Below are positions 9,658 to 18,596 of a DNA stretch of 45,757 bases, in pieces. A program made the position numbers and the translations under genes. The stretch spans positions 1 through 45,757 of the forward strand of contig DAOUCL010000123.1 in the NCBI GenBank assembly GCA_034432015.1. The letters run 5' to 3'. The notes under the pieces are model-generated. The model had not been told where the DNA came from. It saw only the letters and a list, made by a program, of their open reading frames with translations, and ran no database searches. The first letter of the stretch is position 1. Every line of letters begins with the position of its first letter. This stretch comes from Dehalococcoidia bacterium (GTDB lineage: Bacteria; Chloroflexota; Dehalococcoidia; JAUQQI01).

Positions 9658-10836
9658 GTGATGGTCAAAACCCAGCGTGAGGTGGAGGAGCTGAACTTGG
9701 ATAGGTCCGACGTGGAGACCGGTCTGCTCGACCTGGCCCGCCCCCGCGAGAGCCCTGGCCCCACCCCGCCCTTGGCTGCTATCGACGAGCATTTTGACCA
9801 GTTTAAGCGGCTGATTTACTCGATAACCCTGCCCTTCATTGGGGTTGGGGTAGTGGTCCTGGTAGTAGCTTACGATATTATCGGCCTCGGCCAACAGGTG
9901 TTTCAGCCCCTTTTGCTGGTCCTGGCGGGCTGCTTCGCTTTATTAAGCCTTTTACTTCAGCTGGTCCGGGTAAGGCTCTGGCCCTTTGAGGCCGCCACCC
10001 TCACCGCGGTTGCCGGCCTGCTCTTGGTAAGGTTTTATTATCTCTTTGACCTGGGGCCGGCGCAGGTGGAGAGCGGCGTCCTCGTCCGGGCGCTGACCCT
10101 GCCGGTCCTTTACACTTTTATATTCCTGGCCTTGCCGGGCACTTACGCCCTCGGGGCCCTGGTTGGCTTTTACTTGGCCCTGGTGGTAATCGGGGTCGGC
10201 CGGGTCCTGCCGGTGGGCGAGCCCAAGCTGGCGGCCACTTTGGCCATTTTTTACGCTTGGAATGCCATTATTATCGTCGTTCTCCATTTCTTTTCGAGGT
10301 TTAAAGAACACTACGTGGAGGCCCGGATGCGGGCCGACCAGCTGGCCTACCTGGCTTTCAACGATTACCTGACGGGCCTTCCTAACCGCCGGGGCATCGA
10401 GCGAATTCTCCAGGACGAGGTCGAGCGGGCCCGCCGCTACGGCCGGCCCCTTTCGGTGGTGATGGTCGACCTCGACCACCTGAAGCGGATCAACGATACC
10501 TTCGGCCACGATGTGGGGGACCGGGCCCTCCAGGAGGTGGCCCAACTCCTCTCCCGGGAGTTGCGCCGCACCGACCGAATCGGCCGGTGGGGCGGGGAGG
10601 AGTTTATTATTGTCGCCCCCGAAACCGACCGCAAAGCGGCCTGGGTTCTGGCCCGGCGCCTTAAAGAGACTTTAGAAAACCACCGGTTTGACCAGTTCGG
10701 CACCATCACCGCCAGCTACGGGGTCGCCTCCTTCCGCCGGGATGACACCGTTCAGTCCCTGATTAAGCGGGCGGACGAGGCCCTCTACCGGGCGAAGATG
10801 GGCGGCCGAAACCGGGTGGAGGTGGAAATCGGCTAG
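9658..10836 (+). CDS. Membrane-anchored diguanylate cyclase (GGDEF), with I-site
   Basis: N-terminal half has about 5-6 TM helices. The C-terminal GGDEF domain contains DYLTGLPNRR, the active site GGEEF, and an RxxD I-site (RRTD) 5 residues upstream of GGEEF. Confidence 0.9.
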   Translation: MMVKTQREVEELNLDRSDVETGLLDLARPRESPGPTPPLAAIDEHFDQFKRLIYSITLPFIGVGVVVLVVAYDIIGLGQQVFQPLLLVLAGCFALLSLLLQLVRVRLWPFEAATLTAVAGLLLVRFYYLFDLGPAQVESGVLVRALTLPVLYTFIFLALPGTYALGALVGFYLALVVIGVGRVLPVGEPKLAATLAIFYAWNAIIIVVLHFFSRFKEHYVEARMRADQLAYLAFNDYLTGLPNRRGIERILQDEVERARRYGRPLSVVMVDLDHLKRINDTFGHDVGDRALQEVAQLLSRELRRTDRIGRWGGEEFIIVAPETDRKAAWVLARRLKETLENHRFDQFGTITASYGVASFRRDDTVQSLIKRADEALYRAKMGGRNRVEVEIG

Positions 10837-11876
10837 GGTGTTTCGGCCGGGCCGAAGAGGTCGGTAAGTTGCAGGGCCGACCGGGCGGCCGCGGCCCCTT
10901 CCACGGCGGCGGCCAGGCGGCGGTTGGCCTGCCGGAGGGCATCCTCAGGGTCCAGCTCCCGGGCCGCCCCGTAAAGGGCCAGGGCCAGGAGGGCTTCGCC
11001 GAGGGTTCTTAGGGGGTCGGCCGGGCCGGCCCGGAGTTCGGCCAGCCGGCCGGCGGCCACGGCCAGAAATCGGTCGGCCCCGGGCAGGGGAATTCCAAAG
11101 CGGCGGGCCCGGTGGAGGACCTGGGCGGCGTACCCCAGGGCCGGCATCGCCTTGGGCACCCCGGCCAGGGGGGATGTCTCGGCTTCGGCCTTCTCCGAGC
11201 GCTTAAGCTCCTCCCAGTTGGCCCAGATTTCGTCGACGGAGGCGACCTTGACCTCCCCGAAGACGTGGGGGTGGCGGCGGACCAGCTTGGTGTTGACCGT
11301 TTCGAGGACGTCGCCCAGGTTAAAGCGGCCTTCTTCCCGGGCAAGCTGGGCCTGAAAGACGACGTGGAAAAGCACGTCACCCAGCTCCTCCCGCAGGTCG
11401 GCCCAGTCCTCCCGGTCGATGGCGTCGACGGCCTCGTAGACCTCCTCCAGGAGAAAGGGCTTGGTGCTCTGGTGAGTCTGCTGGCGGTCCCAGGGACAGC
11501 CGTCAGGGGCCCGGAGGCGGGCGACGATGTACTCCAGGGCCTGGAAGGTTCGGGGCAGCTCCTCCAGGGGCCGGACGTCGACGAAGATGGCCGCCGGCCG
11601 GGAACGGGCCTCGGCAAGCTCCCCAAGGGCGGCCGTAACGGGCTGGCGGTGGGAGGGGTAGAAAAGCTTTAGGGGGGTGTCGGGCGGGTAAATCTCAAGA
11701 AGGCCGGCCCTGACCTTTGCCAGGTCGGCCTCCGGGCCGACGGTGATCAGGGCCGGCAGTTCCGGCGATAGGCCGGCCGCCTTTTCGGCCGGGACTATCT
11801 GCAACCCCTGCCGGATGGGGTCTATGCCCAGAATTTCGACCCACTCGGCCAGCATGATCCTCCCCTCGACGGGCAT
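10833..11876 (-). CDS. mazG: Nucleoside triphosphate pyrophosphohydrolase MazG (tandem MazG domains with N-terminal extension)
   Basis: Contains LRAPDGCPWDRQQTHQS, the EExxE/DxxxD motif (LREELGDVLFHVVF) and VRRHPHVFG. I chose the start at Met65 of the track ORF (complement of 11874..11876), because the upstream 64 codons are Pro-rich, low-complexity translation of a G-rich intergenic tract. Confidence 0.82.
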   Translation of the reverse strand: MPVEGRIMLAEWVEILGIDPIRQGLQIVPAEKAAGLSPELPALITVGPEADLAKVRAGLLEIYPPDTPLKLFYPSHRQPVTAALGELAEARSRPAAIFVDVRPLEELPRTFQALEYIVARLRAPDGCPWDRQQTHQSTKPFLLEEVYEAVDAIDREDWADLREELGDVLFHVVFQAQLAREEGRFNLGDVLETVNTKLVRRHPHVFGEVKVASVDEIWANWEELKRSEKAEAETSPLAGVPKAMPALGYAAQVLHRARRFGIPLPGADRFLAVAAGRLAELRAGPADPLRTLGEALLALALYGAARELDPEDALRQANRRLAAAVEGAAAARSALQLTDLFGPAETP

Positions 11877-12125
11877 TATATCCAAATCGGGCCCGGTGGG
11901 GGAGGTGGAGAAGTGGTTGGGCGGTGTTGAAAAAGCTGGGGAAAATGGGGTCTGGGGGCCGGCCGGCGGTGGTTTATGATGGGGCCGAGGTAGGAGGAGC
12001 GGAGCCGAGCGCTCCCCTCCCAAAATTCTCAGGAAAGGGGGGATTGCTAACCGACCGCTCGGAGCCACCTGGGTGGCTTGCCAGAAGCGAATCCTAAGAA
12101 AGGAGGTGAAGGGTCTCAGCTCGCG

Positions 12126-12166
12126 CCGGCGGACTCTAGAGGGGGGACTAGAGCCCGCCGGTTTTT
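12126..12166 (+). terminator. Intrinsic-terminator-like hairpin plus U-tract with no upstream + strand gene (orphan terminator/attenuator)
   Basis: CCGGCGG-A-CTCTAG (12126..12139) pairs with CTAGAG-C-CCGCCGG (12148..12161): 13 bp with one A/C mismatch and an 8 nt loop. TTTTT follows at 12162..12166. Confidence 0.55.
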
Positions 12167-12254
12167 GCTTGTCAGACCGAGCCGAAAAACCGCGATAATT
12201 TTATCGGTGAGAGCGAATTTCGGCCCAGAAGACCCCGAATCGTTCGGAGCTAAG

Positions 12255-12419
12255 ATGACGGAGTTTGTCTGCCCCAGGTGCGGACGCCCGGCCCTTAAAA
12301 ATATCGGCGGCGGTTTCTACCTTTGCTCGGCCGCCAACTCGGGCTGCGGCAGCATCTGGCACGAACGGCACCTGCTCCAGGCCCTCACCCACCGGGCCGG
12401 CGAATCAAAACAGAACTAG
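12255..12419 (+). CDS. Small zinc-ribbon protein (hypothetical, 54 aa)
   Basis: MTEFVCPRCGRPALKNIGGGFYLCSAANSGCGSIWHERH carries CxxC...CxxxxxxC. A weak GGAG RBS lies 7 nt upstream. The longer track ORF (12078..) would read through the terminator hairpin and is low-complexity, so I rejected it. Confidence 0.35.
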   Translation: MTEFVCPRCGRPALKNIGGGFYLCSAANSGCGSIWHERHLLQALTHRAGESKQN

Positions 12420-12482
12420 CCCCTGGCGGCCGGTTTGACCCCCGCCATTTCCCGGCCATATACTGGGAATTGGTGAGCCGAT

Positions 12483-13664
12483 ATGACCAGCCGCCGCATC
12501 TACTTGGACCACGCCGCCACGACCCCGGTCGACCCCAGGGTCGTCGAGGCCATGATCCCGTATTTTACGGAGAAATACGGGAACCCGTCGGGGGTCCACG
12601 CCCTGGCCCAGGAGGCCCAGCGGGCCCTGGAAGAGGCCCGGGCTCGCATCGCCGCCGTTCTCGGTTGCCGGCCGTCGGAGGTCGTTTTCACCAGCGGCGG
12701 CAGCGAGTCGGATAACGCCGCCATCCGGGGGGTGGCCCGGGCCTGCCGACCCTGCGGCAACCACATCGTCACCTCGGCGGTGGAGCACCACGCCGTCCTC
12801 CATACCTGTCAGGAGCTGGAGCGGGAGGGCTTTCAGGTCACCTACGTGCCGGTGGACGGGTACGGCCGGGTCGACCCCGACGACGTGGCCCGGGCAGTTA
12901 ACGACCGAACCATCCTGGTCTCCGTCATGTACGCCAATAACGAGGTGGGAACCGTCCAGCCGGTGGCCGAGGTCGTCCGGGCGGTGAAGGGAGTGAAGCC
13001 GGAGGTGGTGGTCCACACCGACGCCGTCCAGGCGGCCGGCCTCCTGGAGCTGGATGTGGGCCGCCTTGGGGTAGATATGCTTTCCCTATCGGCCCACAAG
13101 TTCTTCGGCCCGAAGGGGGTTGGACTGCTTTACATCCGGCGGGGAACGCCCTTCAGCCCCCTCGTCGTCGGGGGCAACCAGGAGCGGAATCGCCGGGCTG
13201 GGACCGAAAACGTCCCCGGCATTGTGGGGATGGCGGTGGCCCTGGAGCTGGCCGAATCCAATCGGCCGGCCCACGTGGCCCACTGCCGGCGCCTGCGGGA
13301 CCGCCTGATCGAAGGGGTGCTCGCCCGGGTGCCGGGTTCTAGGCTTAACGGCCACCCGACGGAGCGGCTGGCCAACAACGCCCACTTCTCCTTTGAGGGG
13401 GTCGATTCCGAGTCGCTGCTGGCCGGCCTTGACCTGGCCGGGGTCTGCGCCTCCAGCGGCAGCGCCTGCACCACCGGTTCGGCCGAGCCTTCCCACGTGC
13501 TGGTCGCCATGGGGCTTGGGCCGGCCTGGACCCGGGGTACCCTGCGGCTCACGCTGGGCCCGGGTAACTCCGAGGCGGACGTCGACTACGTGCTGGGGGT
13601 TCTGCCGGCCCTGGTGGCCCGGCTCCGGGCGGCGGGAGCCGTTGCGGCCGGAAGTGTGTTATAA
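12483..13664 (+). CDS. Cysteine desulfurase (NifS/IscS class, PLP-dependent)
   Basis: 393 aa. Begins IYLDHAATTP, has the PLP-lysine motif SLSAHKFFGPKGVG and the catalytic Cys loop SSGSACT. Confidence 0.93.
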   Translation: MTSRRIYLDHAATTPVDPRVVEAMIPYFTEKYGNPSGVHALAQEAQRALEEARARIAAVLGCRPSEVVFTSGGSESDNAAIRGVARACRPCGNHIVTSAVEHHAVLHTCQELEREGFQVTYVPVDGYGRVDPDDVARAVNDRTILVSVMYANNEVGTVQPVAEVVRAVKGVKPEVVVHTDAVQAAGLLELDVGRLGVDMLSLSAHKFFGPKGVGLLYIRRGTPFSPLVVGGNQERNRRAGTENVPGIVGMAVALELAESNRPAHVAHCRRLRDRLIEGVLARVPGSRLNGHPTERLANNAHFSFEGVDSESLLAGLDLAGVCASSGSACTTGSAEPSHVLVAMGLGPAWTRGTLRLTLGPGNSEADVDYVLGVLPALVARLRAAGAVAAGSVL

Positions 13665-13665
13665 T
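13657..13665 (+). promoter_or_regulatory. Extended -10 element (TGtTATAAT) upstream of erpA, overlapping the desulfurase stop codon
   Basis: TGTTATAAT at 13657..13665, with [12 protein letters not shown] and ATG at 13704 downstream. The identical 9-mer recurs at 17030..17038. Confidence 0.4.
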
Positions 13666-13703
13666 CATTACTAAAACGTAAAGGCCTAAGGAGGGGTCCT
13701 GCG

Positions 13704-14060
13704 ATGGTAACGCTGACCAAGGAGGCCGTTAACAAGGTTAAGAGCCTGATGGAGAAGGAGGCAAAGGCCGACTACGCCCTCCGGGTTTTCATCACCGGTG
13801 GGGGTTGCGCCGGCTTCTCCTACGGGATGGTCTTCGACGACACCATCGAAGAGGACGACTACGTCGTCGAGGCCGACGGGATCAAGGTGGTCATCGACCC
13901 CTTGAGCGCCCAGTACCTTAAGGGGGCCGAGATCGACTACATCGACGGGCTGATGGGTTCGGGCTTTACCATCAACAACCCGAACGCCGTCTCCACCTGC
14001 GCCTGCGGCCACTCCTTCTCCACGGAGCAGGGCAAGGTCCACTCGGGCCGCTGCCGGTAG
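13704..14060 (+). CDS. erpA: Iron-sulfur cluster insertion/A-type carrier protein (HesB/IscA/ErpA family)
   Basis: 118 aa. Contains LRVFITGGGCAGFSYGM and the C-terminal CACGHSF (the three conserved Cys of A-type carriers). Confidence 0.9.
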   Translation: MVTLTKEAVNKVKSLMEKEAKADYALRVFITGGGCAGFSYGMVFDDTIEEDDYVVEADGIKVVIDPLSAQYLKGAEIDYIDGLMGSGFTINNPNAVSTCACGHSFSTEQGKVHSGRCR

Positions 14061-14088
14061 TTCCCGAGGTTTCGGCGCCGACCCCAGG

Positions 14089-14118
14089 GGCGTGCCGCGA
14101 CGGCGGTGCGCCTTTTTT
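14089..14118 (+). terminator. Rho-independent terminator after the nifS-erpA pair
   Basis: GGCGTGCCG-CGACGG-CGGTGCGCC forms a stem of about 10 bp (two G-U pairs) followed by TTTTTT (14113..14118), 29 nt after the erpA stop. Confidence 0.6.
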
Positions 14119-14131
14119 CGTTTGACGCCCG

Positions 14132-14635
14132 GTGAGGCCCCGTTTTTGCTGCCAGTGTGGGGCGCCCCTCGCCGCGGCGCCCGTTGAGGGCAAGCTTCGG
14201 CCGGTTTGCCCGGCCTGCGGCCGGGTGCATTATTTAAATCCGGTCCCGGTCGCAGCCTGCATCATTGGGCTGGACGACGGGGTCGTCCTCGTCCGCCGAA
14301 AGTATGAGCCCGGGCGGGGCGGCTGGGCCTTCCCGGCCGGGTATGTGGATGCCGACGAAACCGTCCAGGATGCTGCCCGGCGGGAGGCCCGGGAAGAGAC
14401 GGGCTTGGAGGTGGAGCTGGGGCCCGTCGTGGAGGTCTGCTCCTTCTTTGACGGCGACCGGAGCGGGGTTGTAATCTTCTTCCGGGCCCGGGCCTGGGGC
14501 GGCGAGTTGAGGCCCGGCGACGACGCCGAAGCGGTTCGGCTCGTCCGCCCCGAGGAGCTTTCGCCGGAAATGCTCATCTTCGAGAGCCACCGCCGGGCCT
14601 GGCAGAGCTGGCTCAGGCGGAGGGACGCCTGGTGA
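14132..14635 (+). CDS. NUDIX hydrolase with N-terminal zinc ribbon
   Basis: N-terminal CCQCG...CPACG zinc ribbon. Nudix box GGWAFPAGYVDADETVQDAARREAREETGL. Confidence 0.85.
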   Translation: MRPRFCCQCGAPLAAAPVEGKLRPVCPACGRVHYLNPVPVAACIIGLDDGVVLVRRKYEPGRGGWAFPAGYVDADETVQDAARREAREETGLEVELGPVVEVCSFFDGDRSGVVIFFRARAWGGELRPGDDAEAVRLVRPEELSPEMLIFESHRRAWQSWLRRRDAW

Positions 14636-15864
14636 AGGCCGAAATCATCGCCGTCGGAACCGAACTTCTCCTCGGGCAGATTGTGGACACCAACTCGGCC
14701 TACCTGGCCCGGGAGCTGGCCGAGCTGGGCATCGACCTTTACTGGGTCACCCACGTGGGGGACAACCTGGACCGGCTGACCGAGGCCATCTCCCGGGCCC
14801 TCGGTCGGTCGGACCTGGTGATTCTGAGCGGGGGCCTGGGGCCGACGGAGGACGACCTGACCCGGGATGCCATCGCCCGGGTGCTGGGCGAAAGTCTTTA
14901 CGTCGACCCGGAGCTTGAGGCGGCCCAGCGGGCCTTCTGGGCGGCCCGGGGTCTGGAGATGCCGCCCCGCAACCTCACCCAGGCGATGCTCATCCCCTCG
15001 GCCCGGCCCATCCCCAACCCCATCGGAACCGCCCCCGGCTGGTGGGTGGAGAAGGACGGCCGCATCATCGTCGCGATGCCGGGGGTTCCCCGGGAGCTGA
15101 CCCGGATGTGGGAGCATGAGGTCAAGCCCCGGCTTCGAAGCCTCACCGGCGGGGCCGTTATCCTCTCCCGGACCCTGAAAGTAATCGGCCGGGGCGAGTC
15201 CGCAGTCGAAGAGGTCATTAGGCCCCTGGTCAGGTCGACCAACCCCACGGTGGCGACCTACGCCAAGCCCGACGGCATCCACATCCGGATCACGGCCAAG
15301 GCCGAAAGCCCCGAAGCCGCCCGGGCCCTCATCGACCCCGTAGAGGCCCAGCTCCGGGCCCTGCTGGGGCCGGATATCTACGGGGCCGACGACGATACCC
15401 TGGAAGGGACCATCCTGGGCCTGCTCCGAAGGCTGGGTTGGCGGCTGGGGCTCATCGAGCTGCTTACCGGGGGCCTGCTGGCGGCCGCCCTCTCCGAGCC
15501 GGCCGAGGCTCAGGGGGCCTTCGCCGGGGCCCTGGTGCTGGCCGGACCGGCCGAGCTGACCCGCCTCGGCTTCGACCCTGAGGTTTTCCGGGAGGACGGC
15601 CCCGGCAATCTGGCCTTAAAACTGGCGGCGGCCGCCCGGGCGGAGTTCGGGGCCGAGGTGGGCCTGGCCACCGTTGGGGAGGAGACCCTGGGCGGGTGGG
15701 GGGAACCCCCGGGGGCCGCTTTCGTGGGCCTCGCCGTGGGGGGCGAGGCCGTCTACCAGCGGCTGGTGGTCCCCATGAGCCGGCCCGAGGTCCGGCGTCG
15801 GGCCGTTCTGACCGCCTTCCACCTCCTCTGGCGGGGCCTCCGTGGCCGGGCCGGGTCCCATTAG
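14632..15864 (+). CDS. cinA: CinA-family protein (MoCF-binding domain plus nicotinamide-nucleotide amidase PncC domain)
   Basis: Begins MKAEIIAVGTELLLGQIVDTNSAYLA, contains GGLGPTEDDLT, and has a C-terminal CinA/PncC domain. The start overlaps the NUDIX stop (GTGA). Confidence 0.9.
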   Translation: MKAEIIAVGTELLLGQIVDTNSAYLARELAELGIDLYWVTHVGDNLDRLTEAISRALGRSDLVILSGGLGPTEDDLTRDAIARVLGESLYVDPELEAAQRAFWAARGLEMPPRNLTQAMLIPSARPIPNPIGTAPGWWVEKDGRIIVAMPGVPRELTRMWEHEVKPRLRSLTGGAVILSRTLKVIGRGESAVEEVIRPLVRSTNPTVATYAKPDGIHIRITAKAESPEAARALIDPVEAQLRALLGPDIYGADDDTLEGTILGLLRRLGWRLGLIELLTGGLLAAALSEPAEAQGAFAGALVLAGPAELTRLGFDPEVFREDGPGNLALKLAAAARAEFGAEVGLATVGEETLGGWGEPPGAAFVGLAVGGEAVYQRLVVPMSRPEVRRRAVLTAFHLLWRGLRGRAGSH

Positions 15865-17017
15865 GGTACTGGTTGCGCCCCAGGCGTTTAAAGGCTCCCT
15901 CAGCCCCCTGGAGGCGGCCCGGGGCATTGCTGAAGGGATCCGGGCCGCCTGGCCGGAGGCCGAAGTGGACCTGGCCCCCGTGGCCGACGGGGGCGACGGG
16001 ACGGTGGATGCCCTTGTCCTGGCCACCGGCGGCCGTAAACTTCGGGTAAAGACCGTCGACCCCCTGGGCCGTCCCATCGAGGCCGAAATCGGCGTCCTGG
16101 GCGACGGCCGGACGGCCGTGGTGGAGATGGCCCAGGCCTCGGGGCTGGCCCGCCTCCGGCCCGAGGAGCGAAACCCGCTCGTAACCACCACCTACGGCAC
16201 GGGCTTGCTTATTCGGGCCGCCCTAGATGCCGGCTTCCGGCGGATTATCGTGGGGATCGGGGGCAGCGCCACCAACGACGGCGGGGCCGGCATGCTCCAG
16301 GCCCTGGGGATGGGCCTTTTCGACCGGGAGGGCCGGCCCATCCCGCCCGGGGGCCAGGGGCTGCTGGCCCTGGACCGCATCGACCCCTCGGGCTTAGACC
16401 CCCGCCTGGCCGAGGCCGAAATTATCGTGGCGTCGGACGTGACCAACCCCCTCTGCGGGCCGGAGGGCGCGGCCGCCGTTTACGGCCCCCAAAAGGGCGC
16501 GACCCCCCAGATGGTCCGGCTTTTGGACGAGGCCCTGGCGCACTTTGCGGCGGTGGTCCGCCGGGACCTGGGCAAGGATGTGGCCCAGGTGCCCGGGGCC
16601 GGGGCGGCCGGTGGGCTTGGGGCGGGCCTCCTTCTCCTGCCCAACGTCCGAATCCGGCCGGGGGCCGAGGTGGTCTTTGAGGCGGTGGGCATCGACACCC
16701 GCCTGGCCCGGGCCGACCTGGTGCTTACCGGGGAAGGGGCCGTCGACCGGTCGACGGCCTTCGGGAAGACCCCGGCCCGCCTGGCCGAAAGGGCCCGCGC
16801 CTACGGCCGGCCCCTGGTAATCCTCACCGGCAGGCTCGGGCCCGGCTACGAGCAGCTTTACCCCCTGGGGGTGGGGGCGGTGGTCCCCATCGTGCCGGGA
16901 CCGGTCGGCGAGGCCGAAGCGATGGCCCGGGCCTTTGAGTTTCTAAAGGCCGCCGCCGAACGGACCTGCCGCCTCTTGGATTTGGGCCTCAAGTTGTCCG
17001 GTCGCCGACCGGCTTAG
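15842..17017 (+). CDS. Glycerate kinase
   Basis: 391 aa. Contains VLVAPQAFKGSLSPLEAA, ADGGDGTVDAL and GIGGSATNDGGAGMLQALG, typical of the GlxK/GarK family. Overlaps the cinA 3' end by 23 nt. Confidence 0.88.
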   Translation: MAGPGPIRVLVAPQAFKGSLSPLEAARGIAEGIRAAWPEAEVDLAPVADGGDGTVDALVLATGGRKLRVKTVDPLGRPIEAEIGVLGDGRTAVVEMAQASGLARLRPEERNPLVTTTYGTGLLIRAALDAGFRRIIVGIGGSATNDGGAGMLQALGMGLFDREGRPIPPGGQGLLALDRIDPSGLDPRLAEAEIIVASDVTNPLCGPEGAAAVYGPQKGATPQMVRLLDEALAHFAAVVRRDLGKDVAQVPGAGAAGGLGAGLLLLPNVRIRPGAEVVFEAVGIDTRLARADLVLTGEGAVDRSTAFGKTPARLAERARAYGRPLVILTGRLGPGYEQLYPLGVGAVVPIVPGPVGEAEAMARAFEFLKAAAERTCRLLDLGLKLSGRRPA

Positions 17018-17029
17018 CGGGCCCGGCCT

Positions 17030-17038
17030 GTTATAATC
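17030..17038 (+). promoter_or_regulatory. Extended -10 element (TGtTATAAT) upstream of the membrane glycosyltransferase gene
   Basis: TGTTATAAT at 17030..17038, 22 nt upstream of the ATG at 17061. Same 9-mer as at 13657. Confidence 0.4.
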
Positions 17039-17060
17039 AACCGAATGGGGAGCGGCTACA

Positions 17061-18593
17061 ATGGGGGTAAGCCTGGCCGCCATTTTGCGGGCCGTCGGCC
17101 TGCCAGTTGCCGGGGGCCTGCGCCAGCGCTTTTACGAGGCCTACCCGGGCCTGATGGCCTGGGTTATTCTTACGGCCCCGGTCTGGCTCTCCGTTATTCA
17201 CCCCAGCGTGGGCCTTACGGTGGTGGCCTGCGGCTTCGTTGTCTTCGTGGCCAAGGTCTTTTACTACGGCCTAAGCGCCCTCATAAACCGACCCTGGATA
17301 ATCCGGTCCAGCCGGAAAGACTGGCTCGGCCGGCTTTACGCCCACCCCGAGTGGCGTCGGCTTAAAATCATCTTTTTGGTCCGGGCCTATCGGGAATCGA
17401 ACTACGGGATGCTCCGGGCCAGCATCCAGTCTATTTACGACTCCCATTGGCCGAAGGCTGCGGACGGGCGGTTGGTCAACGTCGAGGTTGTCTACTGCAC
17501 CGAGGAAAGCGACCCCATCACCCCGCCCCTGGTCGCCCGGCTTCGGGCAGAATTTGCGGGCCGACTCCCCATCCGGGAGGTCGCCCACCCCGAGGAGCCC
17601 GACGTTTTACCCGGTCCCAGCTCGGCCATGCACTGGGTAGGCCGGGTGCTTTACCGGGAGGCCCTGGCCCAGGGGGAAGACCCCTGGCAGGTACTCATCG
17701 TCGACCTGGATTCGGATACCCGCTTTCACCCGAACTTCTTGCCGGCCCTGGTGGTGACCTTTCTGGAGGACCCGGACCGGCGGTTTCACCTTTACCAACC
17801 GGTGGTCCTCTTTACCCTGGATTACTGGCGAGCACCCCTCCACAGCCGGCTGGCCGCCCTGGCCACCTCCGCCCACACGGTGGGCTGGATTCGGCGGCCG
17901 GAAATCGCCTTTACCGGCGCGGCCGGAACCTTGGGCCTTTACGCCACCGTGGATTTCTGGCCCACCAATTCCCACAGCCAAGACAGCGGGGTGGAGTTCC
18001 GGCTTAAGGCCAAATACGGGGAGCGGTTCCGGGTGGTGGGAATTCCCGTCCCGGTGTGGGTCTACCCGGTGATGGCCATCGGCGACCGTTCTACCACCTG
18101 GGCCAGGATCCGCACCTACCTTCGTTCCTTCCAGACCCTCTTCAAGCAGAGCGCCCGCTGGCGGGAAGGGCCCCTGGACGAGTTCGTCGAGGCAGCCCGC
18201 ATCGGCCACATTCCCCTTTTGCTGGCCAAGCTCTGGTCGGGCCTGGAGCGGGACCTACTCACCCTGATCCCCGGCATCGGCTTTACGGCCGCCAAGCTGG
18301 TCGACTCCCTCCTTTACCCCCACTACAGCGTCGAAACGATGAACTGGGTGGTGGGGATCGCCCTCACCGGGGTAACCGTCCTGGGGCTGGCCGTTTACTG
18401 GTCGCTGCTGGCCGTCCCGGAGTGGGTTGGGCCGGGCAAACCCGGCCTGCGGGGCCTCCGGGATATGGTCCTCTTCTGGCTGGTTTTTCCCTTTTACATC
18501 CCGATTCTCACCGGGCTCGCCGGCCTGCGCACTTCCACCGCCTACCTGCTGGGCCACCGGCCCCGGGGCCACTACCTTCCCACCCCGAAGTAG
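17061..18593 (+). CDS. Integral-membrane family-2-like (processive type) glycosyltransferase with D,D,D,QxxRW signature
   Basis: 510 aa with N-terminal and C-terminal TM helices flanking a cytoplasmic domain. That domain contains YCTEESD, LIVDLDSDTRF and QSARW (nt 18147..18161). This motif set is shared by cellulose/chitin/hyaluronan synthases and ceramide glucosyltransferases. Confidence 0.7.
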   Translation: MGVSLAAILRAVGLPVAGGLRQRFYEAYPGLMAWVILTAPVWLSVIHPSVGLTVVACGFVVFVAKVFYYGLSALINRPWIIRSSRKDWLGRLYAHPEWRRLKIIFLVRAYRESNYGMLRASIQSIYDSHWPKAADGRLVNVEVVYCTEESDPITPPLVARLRAEFAGRLPIREVAHPEEPDVLPGPSSAMHWVGRVLYREALAQGEDPWQVLIVDLDSDTRFHPNFLPALVVTFLEDPDRRFHLYQPVVLFTLDYWRAPLHSRLAALATSAHTVGWIRRPEIAFTGAAGTLGLYATVDFWPTNSHSQDSGVEFRLKAKYGERFRVVGIPVPVWVYPVMAIGDRSTTWARIRTYLRSFQTLFKQSARWREGPLDEFVEAARIGHIPLLLAKLWSGLERDLLTLIPGIGFTAAKLVDSLLYPHYSVETMNWVVGIALTGVTVLGLAVYWSLLAVPEWVGPGKPGLRGLRDMVLFWLVFPFYIPILTGLAGLRTSTAYLLGHRPRGHYLPTPK

Positions 18594-18596
18594 CCG

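Noticed and set aside
11890-12010. G-quadruplex-forming potential of the G-run tract (GGGGAAAATGGGGTCTGGGGG...GGGG) upstream of mazG.
   Set aside because: Only three closely spaced G4+ runs are present, and the fourth requires a loop of about 22 nt. In a genome this GC-rich such runs are common, so it is not strong enough to report as a G4 element on sequence alone.
11877-12068. The 64-codon N-terminal extension of the mazG ORF (track start 12068), and the 113 aa version of ORF 12078..12419.
   Set aside because: Both extensions are Pro/Gly-rich translations of the G-rich intergenic tract. The 12078 ORF would also read through the terminator hairpin. Internal starts with better context were chosen (11876 for mazG, 12255 for the Zn-ribbon ORF).
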